64,000 bases of DNA, taken from contig NW_024704743.1 in assembly GCF_018977255.1 (NCBI RefSeq), positions 89,096,001 through 89,160,000 on the forward strand, given 5' to 3'. Below the pieces are notes generated by a model, which saw only the letters and a list, made by a program, of their open reading frames with translations, was not told the DNA's origin and made no database searches. The first letter of the stretch is position 1; every line of letters starts with the position of its first letter. Origin of the DNA: Callorhinchus milii (Eukaryota). Shown piece after piece: positions 1-12,262 of this stretch. Made by a program: the position numbers and the translations under genes.

Positions 1-380
1 AACTGCTGAAGGACATCTGGTGACTACATATCAATTGTTATCTTGTTATTGTCAAGGAACAGAACTGGAACAACAATGTGAGTTACCCCCACTCCTTTTC
101 TGAAGATCGGGAATGTTTTTTGGTGGGAACACTGCTAACACATGTGCAAATGTGATTCAGATTTTGGGTATAATTCAGGTGCTGAAATCAATGTCAGATT
201 TAACTGACTCCTAGCTGCCTGCTGCTCTCCCAAAGAAAGTAATTGATCAATAGTTATTCTCTGAAACCTAGTTGCTGCCATTATTGTGTCTTCTCATAAT
301 GGTATGTTGCTTTTTGTATAATCATTGACTGTTGAACTATAAAAAAAGGAACAATTGTTTAACATCCAAATTGTGCGCAC

Positions 381-560
381 ACTGCTTCTTCTCAAGACCA
401 TCCTCTTCGTCCGTGCTTTCAATCACCCTCCATCACCCCCTACCCTCCACCCTCCCCGATCCCGACTCGGATCTGAAATACTGATTGTCCAGCACCTTGG
501 GACATCCTCCCGATGTGAAAGGTGCTATACAATGTAATTTTGTTGTTGTTGTTGTTGTTC
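381..560 (+). mobile_element. L2 LINE 3' end fragment
   Basis: ctcaagaccatcctcttcg...cagcaccttgggacatcctcccgatgtgaaaggtgctatacaatgtaattt(tgt)n; same tail as the long L2 at 58.5-61.0 kb. Confidence 0.85.
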
Positions 561-589
561 ATCATTAAACAAAAGTAATGTTTCTTTAC

Positions 590-790
590 AGCATGTCACT
601 ATTTCAGAAGAGCAGGGAGTTCCTCCCAGTGTCTTGGCCAATAATCCTTCAAATTGATCATGGCTGTTTGGGGGACACTGTTGTGTGCAAATCAGCTGAC
701 ATGTTTGCCTACAAAATACATACACAGTCCTGTCAGATGTTTTGACTGGGATAAGATGCTATATCAGATAAAAGTATTATTATTATTATA
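590..790 (+). mobile_element. Deu-domain SINE, 3' part
   Basis: gaagagcagggagttcctcccagtgtcttggccaa...ctgtttgggggacactgttgtgtgcaaat core and (tta)n tail. Confidence 0.7.
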
Positions 791-974
791 GGTTACTCTT
801 GTGGAGTACCAATTGTTCCGTTCCTTCCCTCACCCCCCCAAAAAGCACACACAAGTAATGGCATCATCACCAACTCAACAATTAAACGTTTGAATTTCAC
901 TGTAAATAAGTTAACATCACAGTTAATTCCAATTGTGTCCATAATTTTGCACACAATCATAAACTATCCATGCT

Positions 975-2010
975 TGTGGCTAGTGGTGAATGGTTGTTTT
1001 TCAGTCTGGAAGCAAGTATACAGTGGTATCCCCAGGGGTCGGTATTAGGTCCACTGCTCTTTTTGATATACATGAATGACTTGTACTTGGGTATAGAGAG
1101 CAAATTTTTTACAATTTGAGTTTGATGACACAAAGCTTGGGAATGTAGCAAATAGTGAAGAGGATGGTATACAGACTGCAGGAGGACATAGACAGACTGG
1201 TGAAATGAACAGACACATGACAGATGAAGTTTAATGCAGAGAAGTATAAGATGATGTATTTTGGGAGGAAGAATGAGGAGAGGCAATATACATGAAATGG
1301 TACAGTTTTAAAGGGGGTTCAGGAGCAGAATGACTTGGGGGTTCACATACACAGGTCTTTGAAGATGGCAGGACAGGTTGATAGAGCTGTTAAAAAAGCA
1401 TTTGGGATCCTTGACTTTATCAATAGAGGCATAGAGTGCAAAAGCAAGGAAGTTCTGCTAAAACTTTAGAAGTCACTAATTAGACCTCAGCTGGAGTATT
1501 GTGTCCAATGTTGGGCACCACACTTTAGGAAGGATATCAAGGCCTTGGAGAGGTTGCAGACGAGGTTTACCAGAATGGTACCAGGAATGAGGGAACTTAG
1601 TTATGTGGAGAGACTAGAGAAGCTGGGATTGTTCTCCTTAGAACAGGTTAAGGGCAGATTTAATAGACGTGTTCAAAATTATGAGAGATTTTGATAGATA
1701 GGGAGAAACTGTTTCCACTGGCAGGTGGGTCAATAACTAGGGGACATAGACTCAAGATAATTGAGAAAAGAATCAGAGGGGAGTTGAGGAGAGATTGTTT
1801 TACACAGAGTTGTGACAGTCTGGAATGTAGTGGAAACAGATTCAATAACAACTTTCAAAAGGGAATTGGATAGGTAATTGAAAAGGAAATTGATTTGCAG
1901 GGATATGGGGAAAGAATAGGCACGTGGGACTGATTGGGTAGCTCTTCCAAAGAGGCACAATGGCCTGAATGGCCTTCTTCTGTGCTGTAATATTCCATGA
2001 TTCTATGATC
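975..2010 (+). mobile_element. CR1 LINE 3' portion (decayed RT C-terminus and 3' UTR)
   Basis: Frameshifted [20 protein letters not shown] and LIRPQLEYCVQCWAPHFRKDI motifs; ends tggcctgaatggccttcttctgtgctgtaatattccatgattctatga. Confidence 0.9.
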
Positions 2011-2757
2011 CAGCAGAGACTACTGAATAACTAACTTGCAGCAACAACTTGTATTTACATAGTGCTCTTCAGGTGGGATTGCATCCCGCAGTGTTTAAAA
2101 CATACAGCACTGAAGCCAGTTTTAACATCTGTAGTGTTTTTCTGGTTGAAATAACTGAACTCAACATGGATTGGGAATTAAACCCAGGATGTTCCCAGGC
2201 TGGATTCAAGCCCACTTTCTAGAAGTGAAGGGACAGTTTGCTAACAGTGAACCAGCTACAGTAGTTACATTGTATAATATAGCATGGGGGAAGCCAATGG
2301 ATTCTACTGTCAATGAAAGATATGTGCCAGCACAACACTTGAATTAAATGGATACAGGAATTGTATCTTTCCAGAGACCTCTGTTCTGAGGCAAGAGCAG
2401 AAGGGATTGTTGATGTTGCAGGTAACACCAGAGAATGAAAGATAGTTGTGGTTAGAGGTAAAACCGGAGGTACATGTGCACATGTGTAAATATACATTTC
2501 CTCCATCAACTTTTCTCTCTCCTTAAGGTTCAGTTTCTTTCTGCCAGTGTATAGCTGCAAGAGTACCTCATCATGTCTGAGCTTTGACATGAGTGTCATG
2601 CTGTTCAATCATAATTGAATAAGGTTGGGGTGGGGGTCGTGGCATGGGCAAGACCATGGTAATTTGGATCTTATTCTCATCCAGCCTCAACACACAAACC
2701 TTCAGCAGAGACTCTAGATATTACATAGAAAGAGGAACACTGGCTGGTTTTCACCCC

Positions 2758-3056
2758 AATAATAGTAATAATAATCCTTGCATTTGGTATAGTGCTTTTC
2801 ACATCTTCTAGATGTCTGAAAACGCTTCACAGAATAGACTATAAGATGAATTGACTGTATATTTGTGAGCGAAACGCGGCAGCCAATTGCACACAGCAGT
2901 GTCCCAAAAACAGTCGTGGATTTTTTTTTATTTTGGAGGAATTATTATTAGACGTGTGGAGTAAGGAAACTTTCCCAAGGTTTCTCCCTGCTTGGAATTG
3001 AACCCAGGTGTCTCACTTGCAAGGCAAGTGCTCTAACCACTGAGCTACAGGACTCC
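2758..3056 (-). mobile_element. tRNA-derived SINE (young family), full length
   Basis: Reverse complement of GGAGTCCTGTAGCTCAGTGGTTAGAGC (A box) ... GTTCAATTCC (B box), Deu-like core, L2-type tail, (TTA)n. Confidence 0.9.
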
Positions 3057-3294
3057 ACCGAGGAATTTTTTGTAGCACAGTTGTAATGTCTTCGCCAAAA
3101 TCAGTTAATTCAGTGAGATCCTTCAACCTTCCTAATCTGTATTGCTAAGTCGCTCACTGAATAAACTCAACAAATTTGGAGCAAAGTGGTTGAATGTATA
3201 CCATAAAGTATACATTCAACCACTTTACAGAATATCCTGCAAAGCACTCTGAGATGTCTTGACTTTGTGATAAGGTCCTGTATCAAATACAAGG

Positions 3295-3445
3295 ATTGTT
3301 TATTTGTTTGTTTATTTGTTTATTTGGCTATTTGTTTATTTCTTTATGCCTGCCTGCCTGCCTGTCTGTCTGTATTTGTTTGTTTGTTTGTTTATTGATT
3401 TATTGATTTATTGATTTATTGATTTATTGATTTACTTACTTATTT
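3295..3445. repeat. Compound microsatellite (TTTG)n/(CCTG)n/(TTGATTTA)n
   Basis: Directly visible; grows out of a SINE tail at 3208-3300. Confidence 0.9.
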
Positions 3446-4620
3446 AAAGAGCCCTCAGGAGAGCAGAATTGACTATGTTTAGGGAGACACATAAGAGAAC
3501 TTTGATCTGACTCATGCCAAGGCTCATATGTGAATACAATTAAACGCTTTGAAACATCTTCCTGACGTGAAAAGCATTGGATAAGCATTATATTTATTAT
3601 TGTAAGGGTTATTGTTCCCACAAGTGACCTGCAGTATTTGTTTTCTGTTTGCTCAGGTCTAAATGCTCCCTGTCATAAGCATCCCATTGTGACTTTCCAT
3701 CTAATTAATTTGGTAACAGTATCAGACTGTATACTTCAAGTTGTTAAATCAGATTACAGATTTTATCTCTTTTGTCCTCTATACCCCCTTGCTCTGTTCT
3801 AGCAAGCAAATATTAATTGAACAGTCAGTGATTTAGCTGCAGTAGGTGATTTATGATATTAAAAAGTACACCAATACATTACTTTTGCTCGGCTCAGCCA
3901 AATCCAAAGTGGTTTACTTTAATCTCCATTTACAGGAATTTCACTTGAGCAGCTACTCGTATTTATGGCATTCTGCCTGACGTAGCAGTGCTGTGTAAGT
4001 CTACTTGGAGTTGGCATGAAATAGACTTAGTTTTATTGATTTCTCATGCACAGCTGTCAACTGAAAAGAAATAGACCGAAAGCACACGTGACAGGTATAC
4101 TTCAGCGATGTCTATCTGGGCACAGAAAATGCAGCATGCCAGACGTTCAGACAGCATTTAAATCCAATACATGTCCTTCACAATGACCAGTCTTACCGCT
4201 GATTTTTAAGTGTTTTTTCTTCAATTTTAAAATGCTCATCCTTGGGCTCAAGACAATTGTCACTGAAATCACAATAAATGTTAAAGGTGATTTTAACTTG
4301 TTGATGAATCAGTCTCATATGGAAATTGTAAAACACATTTTATTCATCACACTACAAGTGACAGAAACGCTTTACTTGCTCAGCAAGGGAGCACATAACC
4401 TGAGGACCAATCTTGTTTCATTTTTAATCATGTTTAATGAAATTAGTCATGAAGTTATATTGCGTTTCAGGAGATTGAGTGATAGAGAATTCTTCCACAG
4501 ATAATGATTCAATACACTTTTTAAAAATCTTGTAGGATTAGGCTCAGATGCAAGGATTTACCCAGAGATTTGGGAGTATGAGCAACAAGAACAACTAAAT
4601 AAAGAAAGTGATCAGATTAC

Positions 4621-4794
4621 CATGATTTGCAAACTGTAGTGATATGTTAGTTTTTTCCAGGAAAGCTGTGTCTCTGAACACTCCTGACACATCTTGGAGA
4701 GACGAGCTATGTGGACTGCTTGTCAGCAGGAATAAGTATCCTTTCCAAAGATTTTTTTCTTGTCTGACATCCGCTTCATTCTCAGACATTACTC
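4621..4794 (-). CDS. Candidate internal coding exon of an unidentified gene
   Basis: tgtttactcttgcag| acceptor, |gtaatc donor, 174 nt, phase 1-1, only one open frame: (G)VMSENEADVRQEKNLWKGYLFLLTSSPHSSSLQDVSGVFRDTAFLEKTNISLQFANH(G). Confidence 0.3.
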
Positions 4795-5289
4795 CTGCAA
4801 GAGTAAACAATAGTTACCTCTCAAGATGCAAGAACTCAATGATAGTTGTAAAGTTTAAACCATAATATTCATATCCTTGGCTCTTAAGATTTTTCTATTT
4901 ATTCAAGTTCATTCACAATGTAAACTGAATATGTGTACCTCTCCCAGACAGAATTGATCATTCATTTTGCGACTGTTTATAACTACGTTTGCCTACAAAT
5001 GAAGTCACTACACCTTACTCCATAAATTGACACATAAATTAGTCAAAGCACTCAATTATGTGAAGTGCTTTGAGATGTCTTGATGACATGATACGGTACT
5101 GTATTAAATGCAAGGATTATTGTGCGTAGCCTAGTTCATAAATGTAGTAACCTGCATCCTTGCATATAGATTATAACCTTTTATTACAATATTGCTACAA
5201 TTCTGCAATATTCCTTCTCCACTGAAGGGCCAAACAACATAAACTACTGTGCCTTGTGTTATATGTATCTATCTCAATTATAGCCATAA

Positions 5290-5820
5290 AACCATAGAAT
5301 TGAACAACACAGTAAGAGGCCATTCAGCCTATTGATGTTGGTATAAGAGCTCTGAAACACTACCCTCGGTGGAGGGTGCTACATAAGTGCAAGTTGTGTT
5401 GTTGTTATATTTGCTCCTCCAAGGAGCCATCCATCTGAATCCCCATTCTTTCCTTTTTCCCTGTTCCGTCTAAAACCCTTCCTCTTCATGTACTATCTCT
5501 ACACTATCCACCATCCCAGACAATTCATTCCATATTCTGACAACCCTCTGGGAAAATAAGTTCTTCCAAACCTCTTCTTTTTACGAATCTAGTGACTATC
5601 TGGAATTCATTTCTCTAGTCCTCAAATCTCCTACCAGTAGAAATACTTTCTCCTTTGTAATTCTCCCAAGCTCTTCCATTATCTTAAACACCCCTCTCAC
5701 TACTCTTCAGCCTTCTATGCTCCAATGGGAAGAGTCCTAACATCTCCAGACTCATCTCACACCTCTACCCTTTCATCCTTGTAAATCTATGCTTCTCTGT
5801 TTCCATAGCTATAATATCCA
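5290..5820 (-). mobile_element. Old CR1 3' fragment
   Basis: catagaa...acagtaagaggccattcagcc tail in reverse; pyrimidine-rich antisense CR1 pattern (ttccatattctgacaaccctctggg). Confidence 0.6.
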
Positions 5821-7532
5821 GTTTTTTTAAGTAATTGTGAAATGTGGATTTAATTGCCTCAAACTTTGAAGTTTGAATGTCAATTGAAATATTTCAGATA
5901 GAAGTAGATAAATATTTAGTAGCTAGGTGTATCATAGGATGTGATGAAAGGCATCTAACAAAATGATAGAGCAACCTCCACAGGTTAAATGGTTTATTCC
6001 TGTTCCTAGGTTCTTATGTTCTCATGATACAGTGTCATTGTATTTTCCTGGGAATCTGCTCCACACTTCCACTAGGATACAATATTTTGAGATTGTTTTT
6101 CTGAACAAATATCCTGTTCAATCTCATCATCACTGGCTATTTTCAAAAAATTCAGGTTTGCAACACATCAATTTCTGTTGAACAAAAACCAAATGTCACC
6201 AGCTTTTGATTGCCTTACCTCATGCAGAAAAAGCAAAATGCATTGTAACCACAGATTGATGGTTGAAAGAAAAAAAAATGTTTGGGTTTGAGGAAACAAA
6301 CCCAAGGAGCACAGACACACATTAGAATATGTCTAATCGTAATTGGTGCTGTCATGTTTTTTTGGTGATGGGTAAAGGAATCTGCCATTGACTGATCCAT
6401 TAGGTTTAACATATGACATATTTTGTAATTACAGGCATCAAAATATAACCTCAAGATAAATTCTGGAATTTGATTGCATACCTCATAGGCTTCCAGCAAC
6501 TGCACAATTTTGCACCTTTTACTCTGGACATATTAATAATAATTTGGACACTCAATCCATGACTGTTTGTGGGGCATTACTGTGCGCAATTGGCTGCCAC
6601 TTTTCACCCACAAAATATACAGTCAATTCACTTTGCATTCTTTATATTCTGTGTATATGTATATTCTGTGAAGCGCTTTGAGATATCCCAATGATGTGAT
6701 AAGGTGCTGTATCAAATGCAAGGATTTCAGCATTTCTATTGGAAAAAAATTTAAGAACACAATAATAAGATACAAGAACATGTATTTGTAACAGAACTGC
6801 AGATTGGCAGTGTCTTTTTAAACTTTGTAAGTCAAAGCCTTGACAAGTAGAATGGTTTTAGCTGGACAAGCCAGTGTTTGCAATACTCAGTTAACTGGTT
6901 ACACTCCACCAATGTAAACCAAGTTGGCTGCCAAGTCTTCACTCTTCTAATCTGTACCTAAACTCAAGTTAGTAAGGTGCGGTCCTCAGGAGAAAGTGCA
7001 CATCCCATTCGGACAAATGGAAATTTAAACTTTGAGTTCATCTGATCATGTCAGCTAGATATAATTTAGCATCGGTCATTAAAAAGTAAAGAAACAACCT
7101 TTCTCCTGAAGGTAGCTGAAATCCCTATATCACCTACATGACCAAAGTGTTGTTGGGGTCAAACCTGCAGTATTTCTTAACAGATTTCCTAATAAGAAAT
7201 TAGAAAATTCTTAATAAGAATATCTAAAATATCAAAGGACTGAAATTCCATCATCCCACATTGATTGGGCAACATTGTGCAGATGGTGGTGGAAATTCTC
7301 TAGATTTTTTGGGGGTCAAAATGTTTATTTTCTTGCCGTTGGTAGGAAAATAGCACAATTCCCAATGTATAAACAACCCACCCTAACCCTTCAAGAAATG
7401 TAAGCCTGCTTAGCAGTTTTCACCTTACTTCCAATAATCAGATGGAAAAACCTTGTAGGTGTTAGTGTACACTTCATGCTTGTTTTCCCAATAATTCTGC
7501 AGAAGTACATTAGTGACCTTCAAGTAACACTC

Positions 7533-7755
7533 AACAACAACAGAAAATTACATTTGTACAGTGCCTTTCACATCAGTAGGACGTCCCAAAGCACTGGAGA
7601 GTCAGGGATCCGCACCCGAGCTGCTGGTTGGGATCAGGAGGGGTGGAGGTCGGGGAGGATGCAGGTAGGATGGTGACCGAAGGCACAGACGAAGAGGAGG
7701 CTCGTGCAGGAGGCAAGGGAGGGGGCAAGGCGGAGGGACTGTGGAATGGAGTTCT
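7533..7755 (-). mobile_element. L2 LINE 3' end fragment
   Basis: caacaacaac...ttacatttgtacagtgcctttcacatcagtaggacgtcccaaagcactgga = reverse L2 tail. Confidence 0.85.
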
Positions 7756-8214
7756 AAATGTGTTGAAGAATCTATCAAGGTTTCAAAAATGTAATAAATA
7801 CTCAATTTCTATTAAGACATCTCTTAAGAAGTACTGCAAACCAAACCCCAGTAACACATTTAAATTTGTCAATTATCTCATGGGTTACTTGAGATATCTG
7901 AGCTAACCGATTAGAAATATATATTTGCGTTGTCTGCAATAGGGTTGTGGTTAGACAACTAAACTGTATTCTAGTGTAGCCTGAACTGCAACTCTTCCAG
8001 ACTATACAAAGAGGCTGAAACATAATTGGCATTCTGTTTTCTGAAATTTTTACTCAACAAAGTACCAAGCTGCTAGATGAACAGATGGCTCTAATCATTC
8101 TATCTGTATCACATTGTTACAGTGCATTAAAAATGAGTCAAAAATGACTTAACTGAACAAGTGATACAATAATATCAATATTATTAATAATACAATAATA
8201 ATATTCAATAATAT

Positions 8215-8919
8215 TGTAACAGACTGTCTAGTAATGTGATGATGGGTTAAGCCATGAGGTTACTTCACAGGGAGCTGTGCAGTGGACTTATCAAGGCACA
8301 GAGCTTGGGCCCTACAAAACCCGTGACCCAAGGCCCAGAAGGGCGTCTTAATTCTAGAACTGCAGGTAAAGAGGTCCCTAGGCTAATAATAATTCTTGAA
8401 TTTGATATAGCAACTTATCACATTGCTGAAATGTCTCAAAGTGCTTCACAGCATACACTGTAAAGTGAGGTGATTGTGTGTTTTAAGGGGAAAAAGTGGC
8501 AGCCAATTTGCACACAGCAATGTGTGACAAACAGCCATGGAGTGAATGACCAATTTTATTTTAAATAAAATAACGAGCTAAAGGGAACAAAGGCAGCGTG
8601 AACCCAGCTGCATGGTAGGCTCAGGACTATGGTACAGAGGTACACGGCTATTGTGGTGGTGTCTGAGTTAATAACTGGACAGGGTGGGAACTCCAAGTGA
8701 GAGAGAGAACTGTAAGATTGTTGCAGGATATTGACCATTGTATGCAGGTACCTGCTTCCCCAGGTCTGTTAGAGGTAGAGAGTCTGGCCTGTCTCTGATG
8801 GGGCCGTCAGAGGCAACTGAAGTTTTCCCTGTGTCAATAAACTGCTCAATTTGTAAACCAAGTGCCTGTGTGCATTCACTGTCTGTGTGACTTCAATGGG
8901 CCATGACAATGTGGTGACA
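8215..8919 (+). mobile_element. Putative solo LTR interrupted by a SINE (8384-~8560, minus)
   Basis: Starts TGTAAC, ends GTGACA, flanked by ATAT at 8211-8214 and 8920-8923; AATAAA at 8836-8841; GC-richer than flanks. Confidence 0.5.
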
Positions 8920-9519
8920 ATATTTACTGTTCACTAAAATGGAAATAATAAGAAATAACTGTGAATGCTGGAAATCAAATAAAAGCAGAGGGCATGTGTA
9001 CACTCTCCTCAACCCCTAGAGAGAACAGTTTGGAACAGAAAATATAAATCCTATTTCTTTTCGACTTCAAATCGACCTATAGCTGGAAATGATAATGGAT
9101 CTCTCCGTAAATGTACAAATGAGGATAGGGAGGTAATGAGGTATGAAATTTTCCCTTCATGCAAAAGATGAGTTCAATGATAATAAAGCCCAGGGAACCA
9201 TTGATACACATTGTGTAAAGACAGTATAAAAAAACATCCAAAATATGGTATTTCTTCCTGGTATTCTTTAATAAAGAATAGGAGTCTCACATTGCTCTGG
9301 TAACTATAAGTACGACACCTGATCCTTAACAACTTCACTCCATTGGAATTTACTTCCAGAGCAGAGTTTGTTAAGGAATCTTCTTAAGAAATATCCCAAA
9401 TTAGTCCTCTGAATAGTAAATAATATAACTTCAAACTCAACACTGCTCCTTATTATAATACAATGCAGCTATATCTATACAAACTGTAAGATTCAGAATG
9501 AAAATAAATAAAATGGTGG

Positions 9520-9828
9520 TGTATAATTCGTGAGTTTATTGAACATATAATAGCAATAGTCAACAAGTCAGACTGTTGGCTTAACAAATCCTTCAAACTA
9601 ACACAATAGATACAGTAAAATTTATATTACCCGATCCCATTGGGAAGAAGCGCTGAACCTCTACGACGAATCTGAGTATTCCAAAGTTACTTCTTTCTTT
9701 TAAGTGTTTTTAGCTACATCTCCCCTTCCCTGTTCTGATTCACAAGTCTCCCTATATGTTCCATAATGGTAATGGAAATAAGCTCACAATGACTGACAAA
9801 TGAGTGGGGAATTGCAACCCCATGAACA
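9520..9828 (-). repeat. LTR-like unit, copy 1
   Basis: TG...CA bounded 309 bp; minus-strand AATAAA ~15 nt before the end; aligns over its full length with 11186-11496. Confidence 0.7.
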
Positions 9829-11185
9829 TATAAACATCCAAACAATGGAAAAAATTGTGGTGTTCCTTAAAGTAATCCTTGTTTTAATTGAGACAAGGAA
9901 AGCATTAAGGAATACCCGTAGATTTGTTCCTTACCTAAATAGAGTTAGCATAAAGTCTCTCATCCCACCTAAAAAATGAACTGCTTCCAGTCTCCGATCC
10001 ACCTACAGTTTAGAAGCCAATACAATGCAATTTACATTTATATTGGACCTTTCACGTCTGAATAGCCTGGTTTTAAACAAAGCACAAGCAACTAACTGTC
10101 CATGAAGCTAGATTTCTGATTTGGTTTAAGAGAATGGTCAGGGGAATGCTGGTCGAACTCTATATAAAGAGTATAAACATTAATCTTCATTTGCTTTGCA
10201 AGGTATGTCAAAGACGCCAAAATTATAGCACAGAAGAATACAATTCAACCCATTGGGTCAATTTTGGTGCTAGCAATTATAATCCTGATTCCTTGGACCA
10301 TTTTACATAATTTTTCTTGATATTTTTACCCAATTATTTTTACACGTTGCAATTTGGTTCTTGATATGCAAAATCAAGTGAGTTTTTCTGCATGGGTGGG
10401 GAGGAGAACAAGAGGAATAGGTGATAAAGAGTTCAACCACAGATTAATAGAACCATGAATGTCAAGCAGGTTAACATCTAAACAGGTACCAGCTTTAATT
10501 GAAGTAGGTCAGACTGCAGAATCATGTAAACAAGCTCAAAATATCCAATGAATTATCAGCCATTATTACTTTGTGAAGCATAATCCATCACATATTCCCA
10601 AGTTAAATATCATTGAGTCTGACTGAAATGGTTCTGACCCCCAAGAACATGAAAGGTGACTTCTATATTTCTTGTATCACTGTTCGCCTTCAGTGTCTGG
10701 AATGGCTGAACCTCTAGAGTAAATAGTTGGTCTGATATTTTGAGGAATAAATGAAATACTTCAATGATGTGTCAAGCACTAATGGTGATGTATGCTTATC
10801 CTGAAAAAATCAAGTGAATTATGATAGTCCTTTAAAAGCTTGTAAAATAAATCATGGAGAAAGCATCTCATTCAGTTGATGAGGTAGGTCGTACAACTTC
10901 AGGTGAAGCACCATTTGCCAAACAATGAAATTAAAATATAAAAATAAGTGCAGTTCATTAAAAAGCAATAACCAGTCATACAAATACATTATTAGAAAAA
11001 CAATGGTTCTTTCACAAATTTATCCTTAATGCGAAGTCTTGCTCTGTAACTTAATACGGAACAGAGCAGACTCTAAGCATTCTATAGCTTCAGTGCGAGC
11101 AGGACACCTTGAGGCGTTTTGTAATTAACTTTTAGAGACCAGCAAAAGTCCAGCTGCTCTTATGGGTTATTCTTCCCATGGATAG

Positions 11186-11496
11186 TGTATTATTCATGAG
11201 TTTATTGATCACATAATAGCAATAGTCAATAAGTCAGAATGTTAGCTTAACAAATCCTTCAAGCTAACACAACAGATACAGTAATATCGATATTATCCAA
11301 TCCCGTTGGGGAGAAGTGTTGGCCCTCTATAACGACTCTGAATATTCCAAAGTTACTTCTTTCTTTTAAGTGTTTTTAACTTCATTTCCCCTTCCTTGTT
11401 CTGATTCACAAGTCTCCCTATATGCTCTAATATAGCAATGGAAATAAACTCACAATGACTGACAAAATAAGTGGGGAATCGCAATACCATGAACCA
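11186..11496 (-). repeat. LTR-like unit, copy 2
   Basis: Direct repeat of 9520-9828 (e.g. ccaaagttacttctttcttttaagtgttttta and ctgattcacaagtctccctatatg shared). Confidence 0.7.
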
Positions 11497-11689
11497 CCTT
11501 AAACTTTGAGAAGGCATGTGAGGTTTTTCATTCCACATTACACCATTGCTTCTCAGACACAAATGTTTCCTGCCCTTCAAATTGACCCACCCTGAACATA
11601 AACATTGACACCCACATCCACGGCCAATCCGCTCAACCTTAATATTCATCTTTCTTACCACAAGATCCTATCAACATGTTGCTCAGCAG

Positions 11690-12262
11690 TGAACTCTCGA
11701 ATGTCATTCTCAATGGCCTCTTCACTGTCCATTCTTCCTGCACTCCCTTTAATATGATATCCTGCTGCTTATTCCCTCTGTAGAGTCCTGAAAATAGGCC
11801 TGTCCACAACCTCATCACCAACATCTCACTGAGGTTGTCCCACCTGGGTACATGTTCAGTCATTTCTCTCACTTGAACGTTGTGATGGTCATATGATGCT
11901 TCTCCTCAGATCTCAGATTGGGTTATCTATACATTCCTCTGGCACTTTCTCCACCTCATTCTCTACAATCCGTCCCTCCTCTCTTTCAAGATTCTCATTA
12001 TCTACCACCTTCCCAACCCCAGTGACTTTCTTGCTAAAATTTCCTCCCAACCTTCATCATTCAGTCTGTACTGAATGACTTTTCATCCTCGACAATTCAT
12101 CAAGCACCAAATTTTATTCTGCTCCAACTCCCCTCTTTTGCCTTTTTCCTGTTCTTCAAATTGACCCACACTCACATCTATCCATGGTCTTGATATTATT
12201 GTACAAGGACTTGCTGTCTCCAATGTTAGAATTACTTTTGTTTCTGATCACTTCTTAATCTC
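11690..12262 (+). mobile_element. Decayed L2 ORF2 endonuclease (APE) region
   Basis: Remnant peptides PPGY.F.H, SFKILIIYH.P and GLAVSNVRIT..VSDHFLI, resembling the start of the L2 at 58.5 kb. Confidence 0.6.

Noticed and set aside
2219..2608. 129-aa minus-strand ORF (MSKLRHDEVLLQLYTGRKKLNLKEREKLMEEM...)
   Set aside because: No recognisable domain and no convincing splice sites
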